Source: a virus
Taxonomy: Duplodnaviria > Caudoviricetes
IMG/VR virus record: IMGVR_UViG_3300031606_000339
Span: 36,490-100,489 of that record
Direction: 5' to 3' (one strand)
DNA: 64,000 bases
Positions 27,290-36,164 of the stretch are shown piece after piece. Every line of letters begins with the position of its first letter. Within the stretch, counting starts at the first letter, position 1. Position numbers and translations under genes: made by a program. The notes below the pieces were generated by a model. The model saw nothing but the letters and a program-made list of their open reading frames with translations, searched no databases and had not been told where the DNA came from.

Positions 27290-27706
27290 ATGAGGCTGTA
27301 CAATATACACGGTAAACCCCAGAAGAGAAACGTATCCAAATTCGCCATTGATTGGGATAAGCCCTCTAGGTCTAAGATACAATATAAAGTAAAGCAATTT
27401 CTAAAGCCATTCTGGAAGGCGCAGATTATATATGAAGAGTTTCCGGTCTACGGCTCAAGGATGAAGGTAGACATCCTAAACGCAACGCGCAAAATAGCGA
27501 TAGAAGTACAAGGCGCTCAGCACAACCATTTTAATAAATTTTTTCATAATAATTCAAGATTACAATATTTAAGAGCAATTAAAAGAGACCACGAAAAAGC
27601 AGAGTGGCTAGAGAAGAACGACTTCAAACTGGTTGAAATTTTTCAACACGAGATAGACAAAATATCAAAAGAATTCTTTGAAAAAAAGTTTGATATTATT
27701 TTATAA
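27290..27706 (+). CDS. PD-(D/E)XK endonuclease (DUF559/Vsr-like)
   Basis: EEFP, VDI, IAIEVQGAQH, RD.EK.EWLE.N...LVEI. Confidence 0.75.
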   Translation: MRLYNIHGKPQKRNVSKFAIDWDKPSRSKIQYKVKQFLKPFWKAQIIYEEFPVYGSRMKVDILNATRKIAIEVQGAQHNHFNKFFHNNSRLQYLRAIKRDHEKAEWLEKNDFKLVEIFQHEIDKISKEFFEKKFDIIL

Positions 27707-27715
27707 AGTTTATCC

Positions 27716-27744
27716 TTGACTGCTTTTCAAAGCTCAGATAAGAT
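27716..27744 (+). promoter_or_regulatory. Sigma70-type promoter before the helicase gene
   Basis: TTGACT-17-TAAGAT, ATG 9 nt downstream. Confidence 0.7.
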
Positions 27745-27753
27745 CAGGTAGAG

Positions 27754-29298
27754 ATGTCAGACATTTATTCATTAGACAAAGAAAAGGTTGTATTAGCGGG
27801 AATCATAAAATTCCCCAAGGTTTACCACGAGAGTCAAAGATTCCTAGAAGAGGAAAGCTTTTTTCACCCCACTCACAAGAAGATATTTTCCACAATCAAG
27901 TACCAGTATAACGCGCAAAAACAACCCGACCCGCTGGTAATAATAGAACACTTAAAGGAAATTGGGATATACGACAAAGACAATATACCCATAGAAGCCT
28001 ACGTCTCCGCCCTACCAGACAGCAGCATAACAGAAGACGGTACGAGAACGTTTCTAAAAGACTTAACATGGCTAAGATATAGGAGAGACGTCGAAGGCAA
28101 GGGGCAGGGCTTAGTAAAGCTAGCTAACAGTAACAGAGTTTCTGACGACGAGATTAGAAAAGAGGTCGATAGCATTAGCTCCGAAAAAATATCCTCTTCT
28201 TTCAACCACAAAGTAAAGCCTCAAAAAGTCCAAGAAGGTCTCAGGGAATGGGCGGAAGAATTAGGCAACAACCCGATAGACAGCATAGGACTACTCACTC
28301 CATACTCGAAATTCAACGCCTATACGGGGGGCTTAAGACCTGCTGAGATAACTTTATTTTCAGCGCGAGGAGGTAAAGGCAAAAGCACCCTAATCAATGA
28401 GTTCTGCTACGGCACGGGAAAAATAAACAAGTGTCCGGTTCTTATAATAGACACGGAAATGGCTTTTGATTCCATCCGTACCCGTTTTTTAGCAAGTAAA
28501 TCTCAAGCTGGTTTCCACTATGTAGAAACCGGAAAATGGAGAAGAAGCGACGCGCTTATCACAAAAGTGAGAAACGCGCTAGACGTAATTGAAAACGACG
28601 ACGTTGAATATTATCACATGTATATTGGCTCAGGCACTCCCGCGCTAGAGGTTCGGTCCATAGTACTGGAGTGGTACTATAACGAGGTCGGTCGAGGAAA
28701 CCCATGCATACTTGGCTACGATTGGCTGAGTTCTGACTTCGGAGGAACGTGGGGCAACCAACAAGAGTACCAACACCTAGGAGAAAAAATATCTATACTT
28801 AAAGATATCGCCGTAGAGGTAGGCGCGCCCCTTATTACTTGCTGTCAATCAAATAGGGCTGGAGAATCTTATGGTAAAAAAGGAGGAGTAACAGACGACA
28901 CGACTCAAATAGGCGGCTCAGACAGATTCCAGATGATAGCAGCTAACGTTGTCATATGGAGAATCAAGACTCTCGATGAAATCATAATGGATGAAGGAGT
29001 AAGCCGCGAACGGGCAACAGAAATGGAGGAACGTAGAGATTGGAATGATTTACGATGGGGCAGCCACAAGATGATTTTCCCGAAAATTCGACACCAAGGA
29101 GAAGGTTCATTTGGATATCACGATATGCTTCGGCGCACAGGCATTAACGGTCAATTAATAGTAGAGAACAACTACTTGTCATATGACGTCGCTAACTTCG
29201 GCTTGGTCGAGAAGGGTGATGGTAATGATATTATTCGCGCCCAACAAGAACAGTACGAAGTAGAAGACTTTAACCTAAATGACGGAGAAACGCTTTAA
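27754..29298 (+). CDS. dnaB: Replicative DNA helicase (DnaB family)
   Basis: EKVVLAG, FF...HKKIF N-domain; GGLRP, ARGGKGKST Walker A, DTEM, YDWL, QSNR. Confidence 0.9.
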   Translation: MSDIYSLDKEKVVLAGIIKFPKVYHESQRFLEEESFFHPTHKKIFSTIKYQYNAQKQPDPLVIIEHLKEIGIYDKDNIPIEAYVSALPDSSITEDGTRTFLKDLTWLRYRRDVEGKGQGLVKLANSNRVSDDEIRKEVDSISSEKISSSFNHKVKPQKVQEGLREWAEELGNNPIDSIGLLTPYSKFNAYTGGLRPAEITLFSARGGKGKSTLINEFCYGTGKINKCPVLIIDTEMAFDSIRTRFLASKSQAGFHYVETGKWRRSDALITKVRNALDVIENDDVEYYHMYIGSGTPALEVRSIVLEWYYNEVGRGNPCILGYDWLSSDFGGTWGNQQEYQHLGEKISILKDIAVEVGAPLITCCQSNRAGESYGKKGGVTDDTTQIGGSDRFQMIAANVVIWRIKTLDEIIMDEGVSRERATEMEERRDWNDLRWGSHKMIFPKIRHQGEGSFGYHDMLRRTGINGQLIVENNYLSYDVANFGLVEKGDGNDIIRAQQEQYEVEDFNLNDGETL

Positions 29299-30211
29299 CA
29301 TAAAAGAGGCTCTATTTAACTTAGGGTACTCTAATATAAGCGACTACGGGGCATACTACCGGACTCGCCCAATATATAGAGATTCAGATAGCAACACTTC
29401 GTTATCCGTCAACAAGACGACGGGGAGGTATAGAGACTTTGGTAGGAATAAAGGCGGGTCCTTTGAGGAACTGGTTAAGCTCTCCTTAGACCTCTTAGAC
29501 ATAGACGAGGCTAAAGAGTGGATTGAAAAGACCCAAAAGCCTAGCTCCGAAAAAATAGAAAAACGGATTGAGCCCCTAAAATACATGAAAACTTATAGCG
29601 GAGAAAATTTATCAAGCCTGACGCCTGACCACTCTTATTGGATCGAAAGAGGAGTCTCGGAAGAGGTGGTCAAAGAGTTTCGCGGAGGCGTCGATAACGG
29701 AATAGAGGGAGGTAAGATGCAAGGGAGATATGTCTTCCCCATCTTTAACTCAAAAGAAAAAATAGTCGGATTCTCTGGACGCTTAATATCAAGCCCAACA
29801 GGGAAAAGCACGCCGAAGTGGAAGCATTTAGGGCAAAAAATTAACTGGGTCTATCCCGCGTTTCTAAGTAAAAGGACGTTGCAGAACGAAAAAAAAGTTA
29901 TCCTAGTCGAGAGCATAGGGGACGCCCTTGCTCTTTATAATTGCGGAATACGAAATGCTATAGTAACTTTTGGGTTAGATATCGGGTTGGGCGTTCTTAC
30001 CTATCTATTAAGGCTAAACTGTAAGGGGATTATAGTCTCATTAAATAATGACGCAGAGACAGGAGCGGGCAACAACGCCGCACACAAAATGTACGACACA
30101 ATTACCAAGCACTTCGACAAAGACAGGGTCCATATTTGCTTACCAGACAAAAATGACTTTGGAGACATGGACAAGGAAGAAATATTAAGCTGGAGTCAGC
30201 AAATTAACTAA
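29279..30211 (+). CDS. dnaG: DNA primase (DnaG-like TOPRIM)
   Basis: YWIERG, GRYVFPI, VGFSGR, PKWKH, ILVESIGDAL, NND..AG, NDFGD; follows the helicase. Confidence 0.85.
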   Translation: MTEKRFNIKEALFNLGYSNISDYGAYYRTRPIYRDSDSNTSLSVNKTTGRYRDFGRNKGGSFEELVKLSLDLLDIDEAKEWIEKTQKPSSEKIEKRIEPLKYMKTYSGENLSSLTPDHSYWIERGVSEEVVKEFRGGVDNGIEGGKMQGRYVFPIFNSKEKIVGFSGRLISSPTGKSTPKWKHLGQKINWVYPAFLSKRTLQNEKKVILVESIGDALALYNCGIRNAIVTFGLDIGLGVLTYLLRLNCKGIIVSLNNDAETGAGNNAAHKMYDTITKHFDKDRVHICLPDKNDFGDMDKEEILSWSQQIN

Positions 30212-30213
30212 TT

Positions 30214-31200
30214 ATGTCAAACAAACCAAAAGAAAGGATGCTTTCCGCATCTCGCATAGGAACGCTTGAGAAATGCACTTGGTCATATTGGTGCGGATAC
30301 CACCTAAAAGTGCCTCAGAACACCCATCCTGCGGCTTCTAGGGGCACCATATGCCACCTCGTGCTAGAGGTCTTACTCAAGAAGCGCCACAAAAAACATT
30401 TTAATTTACTGATTAAATCTGAGACTATTAAGTCGAGCCCAGCGGTAGATAGGCTCATAATAAAACACCTTAAAAAACGAGGGCTTTTCATCCCCGAACA
30501 CTACGAAATGTGTGACGAGATGATTATCGTCGGACTTAAAGCAGACTTTTTTGGAAAAGAATTCGGAGGCAAGGTGGATGTTCCAGAGATGAAGATAGAA
30601 CTAACAGGTAAAGGCGGATTAAAATATAAAGTAATAGGATTCATAGACAAGCCTCTAATAAACTCTAAGGAGAAAAAGGTTAAAATCGTAGACTATAAAT
30701 CTAGCAAAAACAAATTTAAAGGAGAAGAACTCTCCGCCAACACTCAAGCCATCATCTACACGATGGCAGCAAAAGAGATATGGCCAAAGATGAAAAAGTT
30801 TGTTATGGAGTTTTTGTTTCTCCGCTACCCCAGAAAGCCCGCGCAACAAATTGAAGTAACTGATGATCAAATCAAAGGCTATAAATATTATTTAGAACAT
30901 TTATATAAATTAATAAATAATTTTACAGAGAAAAAAGCGCGCGATAGTTATGCAAAAGATAAGCCCGGAACCAAATGGTTATGCGGGTGGCCGGGAACCT
31001 CTTGGGTTTGCCCGTATAGAGACCCGCTAAAATACTTCGTTCTATTAGATGAGGACGGAGAAGCGTTACAGGGCTCTTTCAAGAACGACCTTAACCCAAA
31101 GGAGAACCAAACTGTCGAAGAAAAATATTATAAGGGTTGCCCAGCTTACTATACTCAAAACCAGATAGAAGGAGAGAAGGGCAATGATTTCTGGTTCTAA
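30214..31200 (+). CDS. PD-(D/E)XK exonuclease (RecB/Cas4-like)
   Basis: LSASRI...C, RGTICH.VLE, GFID, VDYKS, QA.IY, C-terminal C.W...CPY. Confidence 0.85.
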   Translation: MSNKPKERMLSASRIGTLEKCTWSYWCGYHLKVPQNTHPAASRGTICHLVLEVLLKKRHKKHFNLLIKSETIKSSPAVDRLIIKHLKKRGLFIPEHYEMCDEMIIVGLKADFFGKEFGGKVDVPEMKIELTGKGGLKYKVIGFIDKPLINSKEKKVKIVDYKSSKNKFKGEELSANTQAIIYTMAAKEIWPKMKKFVMEFLFLRYPRKPAQQIEVTDDQIKGYKYYLEHLYKLINNFTEKKARDSYAKDKPGTKWLCGWPGTSWVCPYRDPLKYFVLLDEDGEALQGSFKNDLNPKENQTVEEKYYKGCPAYYTQNQIEGEKGNDFWF

Positions 31201-31208
31201 CTTTTGAG

Positions 31209-31237
31209 TTGACTAAATGTTAAAATTTTACTTTACT
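31209..31237 (+). promoter_or_regulatory. Sigma70-type promoter before the PHP gene
   Basis: TTGACT-17-TTTACT, ATG 8 nt downstream; -10 is imperfect. Confidence 0.5.
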
Positions 31238-31245
31238 TGAGGTAG

Positions 31246-32001
31246 ATGGTTATACCACTGTTTAAATCCCATTATAGCCTAGGAAAATCGATTCTTACGC
31301 TTGATAAGCCAGAAGACTCCCTAGAAGACGGTCCAGATTCTATAATCAAGCTCTGTAAAGACTCGGGCATAGAGGAGATGTTCTTGGTTGATGACAGTAT
31401 GAGCGGCTTCTTGCAAGCGTTTATAAATAGCAAAGAGAATAACATCAAGCTCAACTTCGGGCTAAGGATAACAATATGCGAGAACATAGAAAACAAATCA
31501 GAAAGCTCGCTAGAGACGAACAGTAAACACATAATCTTCTGTAGAAACAGGAAGGGCTACGACAGGCTTATTAAGATATACACTCTAGCCGCAAAGGAGG
31601 GCTTCTACTACCACCCCAGAATAGACTTCGAGTCGCTAAAGAATTTTTGGGATGAAAAAGACTTACTGATGTGCGTCCCCTTTTACGACTCGTTCATTCA
31701 TAATAATTTCTTAAAAGGCAAATCTTCCATGCCAGATTACTCTTACATAAATCCGACGTTCCTGATAGAAGATAACAAAATTCCGTTTGACTACTTGATA
31801 GAAAACAGAGTCAAAAATTACATTAAAGATAAATACGAAACGGCAAAAGTTAAAAGCATTTTTTACGCAAACAAAAAAGACTTTAAGGCTTATTTGACGT
31901 TTCGTTGCATTAATAACAGAAGCTCCTTAGACAGACCAAACCTAGACCACATGTGTAGTGACGAATTTAGCTTGGAAAGCTGGAAGGAGGCGCAAGTATG
32001 A
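31246..32001 (+). CDS. Stand-alone PHP domain of DNA polymerase III alpha (N-terminal part of split DnaE)
   Basis: FKSHYSL..S, LVDD.MSGF, KL.FG, IF..N..GY..L.K....A..EGFYY.PRID: the DnaE N-terminal PHP pattern. Confidence 0.8.
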   Translation: MVIPLFKSHYSLGKSILTLDKPEDSLEDGPDSIIKLCKDSGIEEMFLVDDSMSGFLQAFINSKENNIKLNFGLRITICENIENKSESSLETNSKHIIFCRNRKGYDRLIKIYTLAAKEGFYYHPRIDFESLKNFWDEKDLLMCVPFYDSFIHNNFLKGKSSMPDYSYINPTFLIEDNKIPFDYLIENRVKNYIKDKYETAKVKSIFYANKKDFKAYLTFRCINNRSSLDRPNLDHMCSDEFSLESWKEAQV

Positions 32002-32633
32002 AAAAATTGCTAAGGTACGACAAGGAGAAAGAGTTTGTCTTCATCGACTGTGAAACCTTTAACCTATGCCTCAACTCATGCCATAATTTGCCTTGGCAAA
32101 TAGCCATGCTTAAAGTCAAAGGGGACAAGGTGATTGACTCAAAAGACTTTTACGTAAAATGGGATACCCATCTAAAAATTGGCAAAGAAGCTGCGAAAAT
32201 AACTCGCTACAACCCCGCCAATATGGACAAAAAAGGACTCCCGCCAGAAGAAATCTTCCCGACGGTTCAAGACTGGCTAGATAATAGCGACTTCATAGTG
32301 GGGCACAATGTGTTAGGCTTTGATATTTACTTAATCAAGGGGCTTTATGAGTACATGGGCGAAGAATACTCTCATTTAACCAAAAAAGTCATAGATACAA
32401 TGTGTTTGTCTCGAGGTCTAAAGCTAGAAATGTCACACGGACCCGATGAAGACCTAACTGAATATCAATACAGAATGATAGAGACGAGACGCAAGGGGGT
32501 AAGAACAAATCTCAAAGCGATGGGCAAATACTTTAACATCGAACATGAATACGACAATCTGCATAACGCATTAGTAGACCTAGAGTTAAACCTAAAAGTT
32601 TGGAATAAAATTAAATGGCAGACAGAAATATAA
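31998..32633 (+). CDS. DEDDh 3'-5' exonuclease (DnaQ/epsilon-like)
   Basis: FIDCET (ExoI), VGHNVLGFD (ExoII), IDTM, LHNALVD (ExoIII). Confidence 0.9.
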   Translation: MKKLLRYDKEKEFVFIDCETFNLCLNSCHNLPWQIAMLKVKGDKVIDSKDFYVKWDTHLKIGKEAAKITRYNPANMDKKGLPPEEIFPTVQDWLDNSDFIVGHNVLGFDIYLIKGLYEYMGEEYSHLTKKVIDTMCLSRGLKLEMSHGPDEDLTEYQYRMIETRRKGVRTNLKAMGKYFNIEHEYDNLHNALVDLELNLKVWNKIKWQTEI

Positions 32634-32634
32634 T

Positions 32635-32973
32635 ATGCCCTCATTAGACAACATATACGATTTAACAGAAAGGCTCTCCGAAGAGGGCATAGAATACGTA
32701 GTCATAACCGTTCAAAAGGGAAAGAAAGAGCACAGATGCGACGTCATGTTAGACTTGTCGTCTGACGACACCACGCTGGCTGCGTGCGCCGTTATCGAGC
32801 ACCTTCACCAATCGTTAATGGGAGATATCGACATAGCTGGAGAAGAGTTTTCATTAGACATTGTCTCAGACTCAGAATTTCCTTCCGGGTTTGATTTCTC
32901 TCCAGAAGACGAAGACGAAGACGAAGACGAAAACGAGAGCGAGGAGGATGAGAATGACGAATACGAAAAATAA
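32635..32973 (+). CDS. Highly acidic small protein
   Basis: About 37 Asp/Glu vs 6 Lys/Arg in 112 aa by my count; GAAGAC repeat encodes the EDEDEDED tail. Confidence 0.7.
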   Translation: MPSLDNIYDLTERLSEEGIEYVVITVQKGKKEHRCDVMLDLSSDDTTLAACAVIEHLHQSLMGDIDIAGEEFSLDIVSDSEFPSGFDFSPEDEDEDEDENESEEDENDEYEK

Positions 32974-35521
32974 AAGTTCATTTCTAGAAAAATTTGAAGG
33001 CATTTCTATGCCGCTTCACGGTGTTCGATTGCCGTCTTTCGAAATCGATAAAAAATACAAAAGGAAGCTTGGCTTAAGTGAGGATATAGACAACGAAAAC
33101 TTTTTGAAATCCCTTTGCGAGATAGGTATGCGTGAGATTAAAAAGGAAGGGAATGCAAAATATCAAGAAAGACTAGACCACGAACTCAAGACCATTAAAG
33201 AACTAGGGTTCGTAGACTACCTCCTTTTAGTGTGGGATGTAATTAATTTTTGCAAAGAAAACGACATACCCACTGGTCTGGGAAGGGGCTCAGCAGCAGG
33301 TAGCTTAATACTTTACTTGATTGGCGTCACCCGAATGGACCCAGTTAAATATGGTCTATATTTTGAGAGGTTTGTTTCGAAAATCCGAGCGAAGAAGAAG
33401 GTCGTAAACGGCGTTACCTACCTCGACGGCTCCCTCATGTGTGATGTTGACCTAGATATATGCTACTATAACCGCTCAAGAGTTTTAGAATATATAGATA
33501 AAAAATTCAAAGGAAGGACATCCAAGATATTGACTCTAAATACCTTAAGCACGAAGCTCTTGATTAAAGAATGCGGCAAAATCGTGGCAGACAAATCTGA
33601 ATCAGACATGAACTCTGTATCATCCATGATTCCAAAAATATTCGGTCGAGTTAAAGACCTCGAATCTTCATACGAAGAAGTAGAAGACTTTAGAGACTGG
33701 TGCGACGAAAATAAAGAATGTTACAATATAGCCCTAAAGCTCAGGAACTTGGTTAAAAACAAGGGAGTCCACCCTTCTGCGGTCTGCATATCTTACAGCC
33801 CAATGGACGAATCTTGTCCGGTCGAATTAGATTCTAAAAAAGAGTCGGGGGTATCATCGTATGATATGAATTGGGTCTCGCTGTTCAATGTCAAGCTAGA
33901 CGTGTTAGGTCTGCGCGCGGTATCAGTAGTAGATGATGTATGTAAAAATGTGGGAATCTCTACCTCCGACATTGATTTAGATGACGCCATTATTTATCAA
34001 AATTTATACGACCTGAAGAACCCACACGGCTTGTTTCAGATTGAAGCAGATACCAATTTCAGGGTCTGCCAAAAAGTTAAGCCCAAAGATTTGGAAGAAC
34101 TTTCTGCTGTGCTAGCTCTTGCTAGACCGGGCGCGCTAGCCTTCGTAGACCAGTACGCAAGTTATACTAATGATAATATATACGAACCAATTCACCCATT
34201 TTTTGACGACATATTGAAAGAGACAGGCGGAGTAGCTCTATATCAAGAACAGTTAATGAAGATGGCAAATAAGGTAGGCTTTACCTTAGATGAAGCAGAA
34301 ATTCTTCGTCGAATCGTGGGTAAGAAAAAGACTTCTGAGGTCCGAAAATGGAAGAAGAAAATTAAAGAGAAGATTGAAGAAAATAAAATCCAAAGTGAGG
34401 TCGGAGATATCCTTTGGGGTGTTCTCGAGGACAGCGCGTCTTACTCGTTCAACAAGAGTCACTCCTGTTGTTACGCAGCCTTAGCGGCGATAACCACATA
34501 TCTCAAATTTAAATATCCTCAACAGTTCTTTTTGAGTTTGCTTAAAATGACTAGGCATGAACCAGAGCCGATTACTGAGATATCAAAAATACACAAGGAG
34601 ATGGCGAGTTTCAATATACAACTACTACCCCCGCACCTTGTTAAATCTGAAATGGATTTTTCACTCGAAAATGAAAACATTCGGTTCGGATTGCTGTCAA
34701 TCAAAGGCATATCTGACAAATCAATAGAGAAACTAAGCCACTTTAAAAATCAATACTCCACCAAGTTCCAAGTATTTGAGGCTGCAAAAGAAGCTGGCTT
34801 AGGTATCGGCGTTTTATGCGCCCTGATTCAGGCTGGCGCATTTGAAGGCTTCGCCCAGTCGAGAAGCAAGGTCGTTTACGAGGCTCAATTATGGAACCTG
34901 CTTACGATGCGCGAGAAAAGGCACGCCAACAAGTATGGAGAAAAATATGAATTCGACTTAGTGAAGCTAGTAAAAGACCTGCTTAAGCTATCGGACGAAA
35001 AGAACAAGCCGGTCATTAAAAAAAGCAGATTCGAGACGTTAAAGAAAAGGAGCGCGCCATATTTAAGAATATATACTTTAAATAAGAAGTCAGAGAACTT
35101 CGCTAATTGGTTTTACGAAAAGAACCTGCTTGGCTACACGTACGGCAAAACTTTAAAAGACATCTTCTCCACCAAGAGAGGCGGATTGATGCCCGTCAAC
35201 GAGGTCGAAGAATTGCCTGTTCGCAGCAGGGTTTTAATGGTAGCAAGGATAGAAGACGACCCGCAACAAGGGAAATCCAGAGAAAAAGGCAATAAATACA
35301 TGAGAATGATGGTCGGAGACGAAACGTCCTCGATTAAGACAATGATATTTAATAAGAAGCTAGAAGAGTGCATTAGAATTAACAACGGAACGCCAGAAAA
35401 GAAGCAGATAGTCGTGATAAAAGGGACGAAATTCGAAGATGTAGTCTTTGCTGACCTTATTTCTGTCCAAGACAACAAGGTATATACAAAATTATCTGAG
35501 ATTAAGAATATAGAAGCTTGA
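32954..35521 (+). CDS. dnaE: DNA polymerase III alpha catalytic core (lacks PHP domain)
   Basis: GRGSAAGS, YGLYFERF, CDVDLD, GVHP, KLDVLGL, YQEQLM, YSFNKSH, IRFGL..IKG; start at ATG 32954 after GAGGAGG. Confidence 0.95.
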   Translation: MTNTKNKSSFLEKFEGISMPLHGVRLPSFEIDKKYKRKLGLSEDIDNENFLKSLCEIGMREIKKEGNAKYQERLDHELKTIKELGFVDYLLLVWDVINFCKENDIPTGLGRGSAAGSLILYLIGVTRMDPVKYGLYFERFVSKIRAKKKVVNGVTYLDGSLMCDVDLDICYYNRSRVLEYIDKKFKGRTSKILTLNTLSTKLLIKECGKIVADKSESDMNSVSSMIPKIFGRVKDLESSYEEVEDFRDWCDENKECYNIALKLRNLVKNKGVHPSAVCISYSPMDESCPVELDSKKESGVSSYDMNWVSLFNVKLDVLGLRAVSVVDDVCKNVGISTSDIDLDDAIIYQNLYDLKNPHGLFQIEADTNFRVCQKVKPKDLEELSAVLALARPGALAFVDQYASYTNDNIYEPIHPFFDDILKETGGVALYQEQLMKMANKVGFTLDEAEILRRIVGKKKTSEVRKWKKKIKEKIEENKIQSEVGDILWGVLEDSASYSFNKSHSCCYAALAAITTYLKFKYPQQFFLSLLKMTRHEPEPITEISKIHKEMASFNIQLLPPHLVKSEMDFSLENENIRFGLLSIKGISDKSIEKLSHFKNQYSTKFQVFEAAKEAGLGIGVLCALIQAGAFEGFAQSRSKVVYEAQLWNLLTMREKRHANKYGEKYEFDLVKLVKDLLKLSDEKNKPVIKKSRFETLKKRSAPYLRIYTLNKKSENFANWFYEKNLLGYTYGKTLKDIFSTKRGGLMPVNEVEELPVRSRVLMVARIEDDPQQGKSREKGNKYMRMMVGDETSSIKTMIFNKKLEECIRINNGTPEKKQIVVIKGTKFEDVVFADLISVQDNKVYTKLSEIKNIEA

Positions 35522-35546
35522 CTAAAACTTAAAACTTAAATATTAT
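35518..35546 (+). promoter_or_regulatory. Sigma70-type promoter, leaderless-type
   Basis: TTGACT (overlapping the dnaE TGA)-17-TATTAT, ATG 6 nt downstream. Confidence 0.75.
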
Positions 35547-35552
35547 AAAGAT

Positions 35553-36164
35553 ATGCTACAGTTCTATAAACCAACCAAGACAGTTAAGGGCACAGCCTGC
35601 TCATTTTGGAGAAATTCTGACGATAATTCCTTTTGGGCTAGCATGATTAAACAAGACTCTTGGAACGACAAAACGAGAACAGGTTCTTTTTCCAAGAATA
35701 AAAATGACCCCCAGAAAAGAGTCATAGTTAAATTTAGCGCTACAGAAATTGCGGGATTCATAGACTCAATTGAAAGAAACGCAGAATACTCTGGCTACCA
35801 CGGAAGCCAAAAGCAGGTGGTAAAATTTAAGTTTTGTCCTTACATAAAAGGGGAAGAAACGGTTGAGTTGGGAGACGTAGTGGTCGCTAATGAAAAAGCT
35901 ACCTTAGCGGGAAAATTGACCAAAACGGAAAAGAAACAAATTGGATTCTCTCTTTCAATAAACAGGGAAGCAAAAGAGGACTCTACCGACAAGCAAAGCT
36001 ATGTCATCGGGTTTAATTTTGCAGAAGCAAGACTATTAAAGTGCCACCTAGAAAGCTCCCTAAGAGACAGCTTTATAAGTAAGTCCAACAAGCAGTTTAA
36101 AGCCCCGCAAGAGAACAACGACGGCGCTTTGTCTAAAAAAGACGAAGACGATATAGACTTCTAG
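35553..36164 (+). CDS. Putative single-stranded DNA-binding protein
   Basis: Follows dnaE; aromatic/basic beta-strand body; acidic C-terminus DEDDIDF like the SSB tail DDIPF. Confidence 0.55.
   Translation: MLQFYKPTKTVKGTACSFWRNSDDNSFWASMIKQDSWNDKTRTGSFSKNKNDPQKRVIVKFSATEIAGFIDSIERNAEYSGYHGSQKQVVKFKFCPYIKGEETVELGDVVVANEKATLAGKLTKTEKKQIGFSLSINREAKEDSTDKQSYVIGFNFAEARLLKCHLESSLRDSFISKSNKQFKAPQENNDGALSKKDEDDIDF

Noticed and set aside
31246-35521. Split intein joining the PHP and DnaE core
   Set aside because: No Cys-initiated intein N-fragment at the end of the PHP gene and no HN-C/S junction at the start of the core
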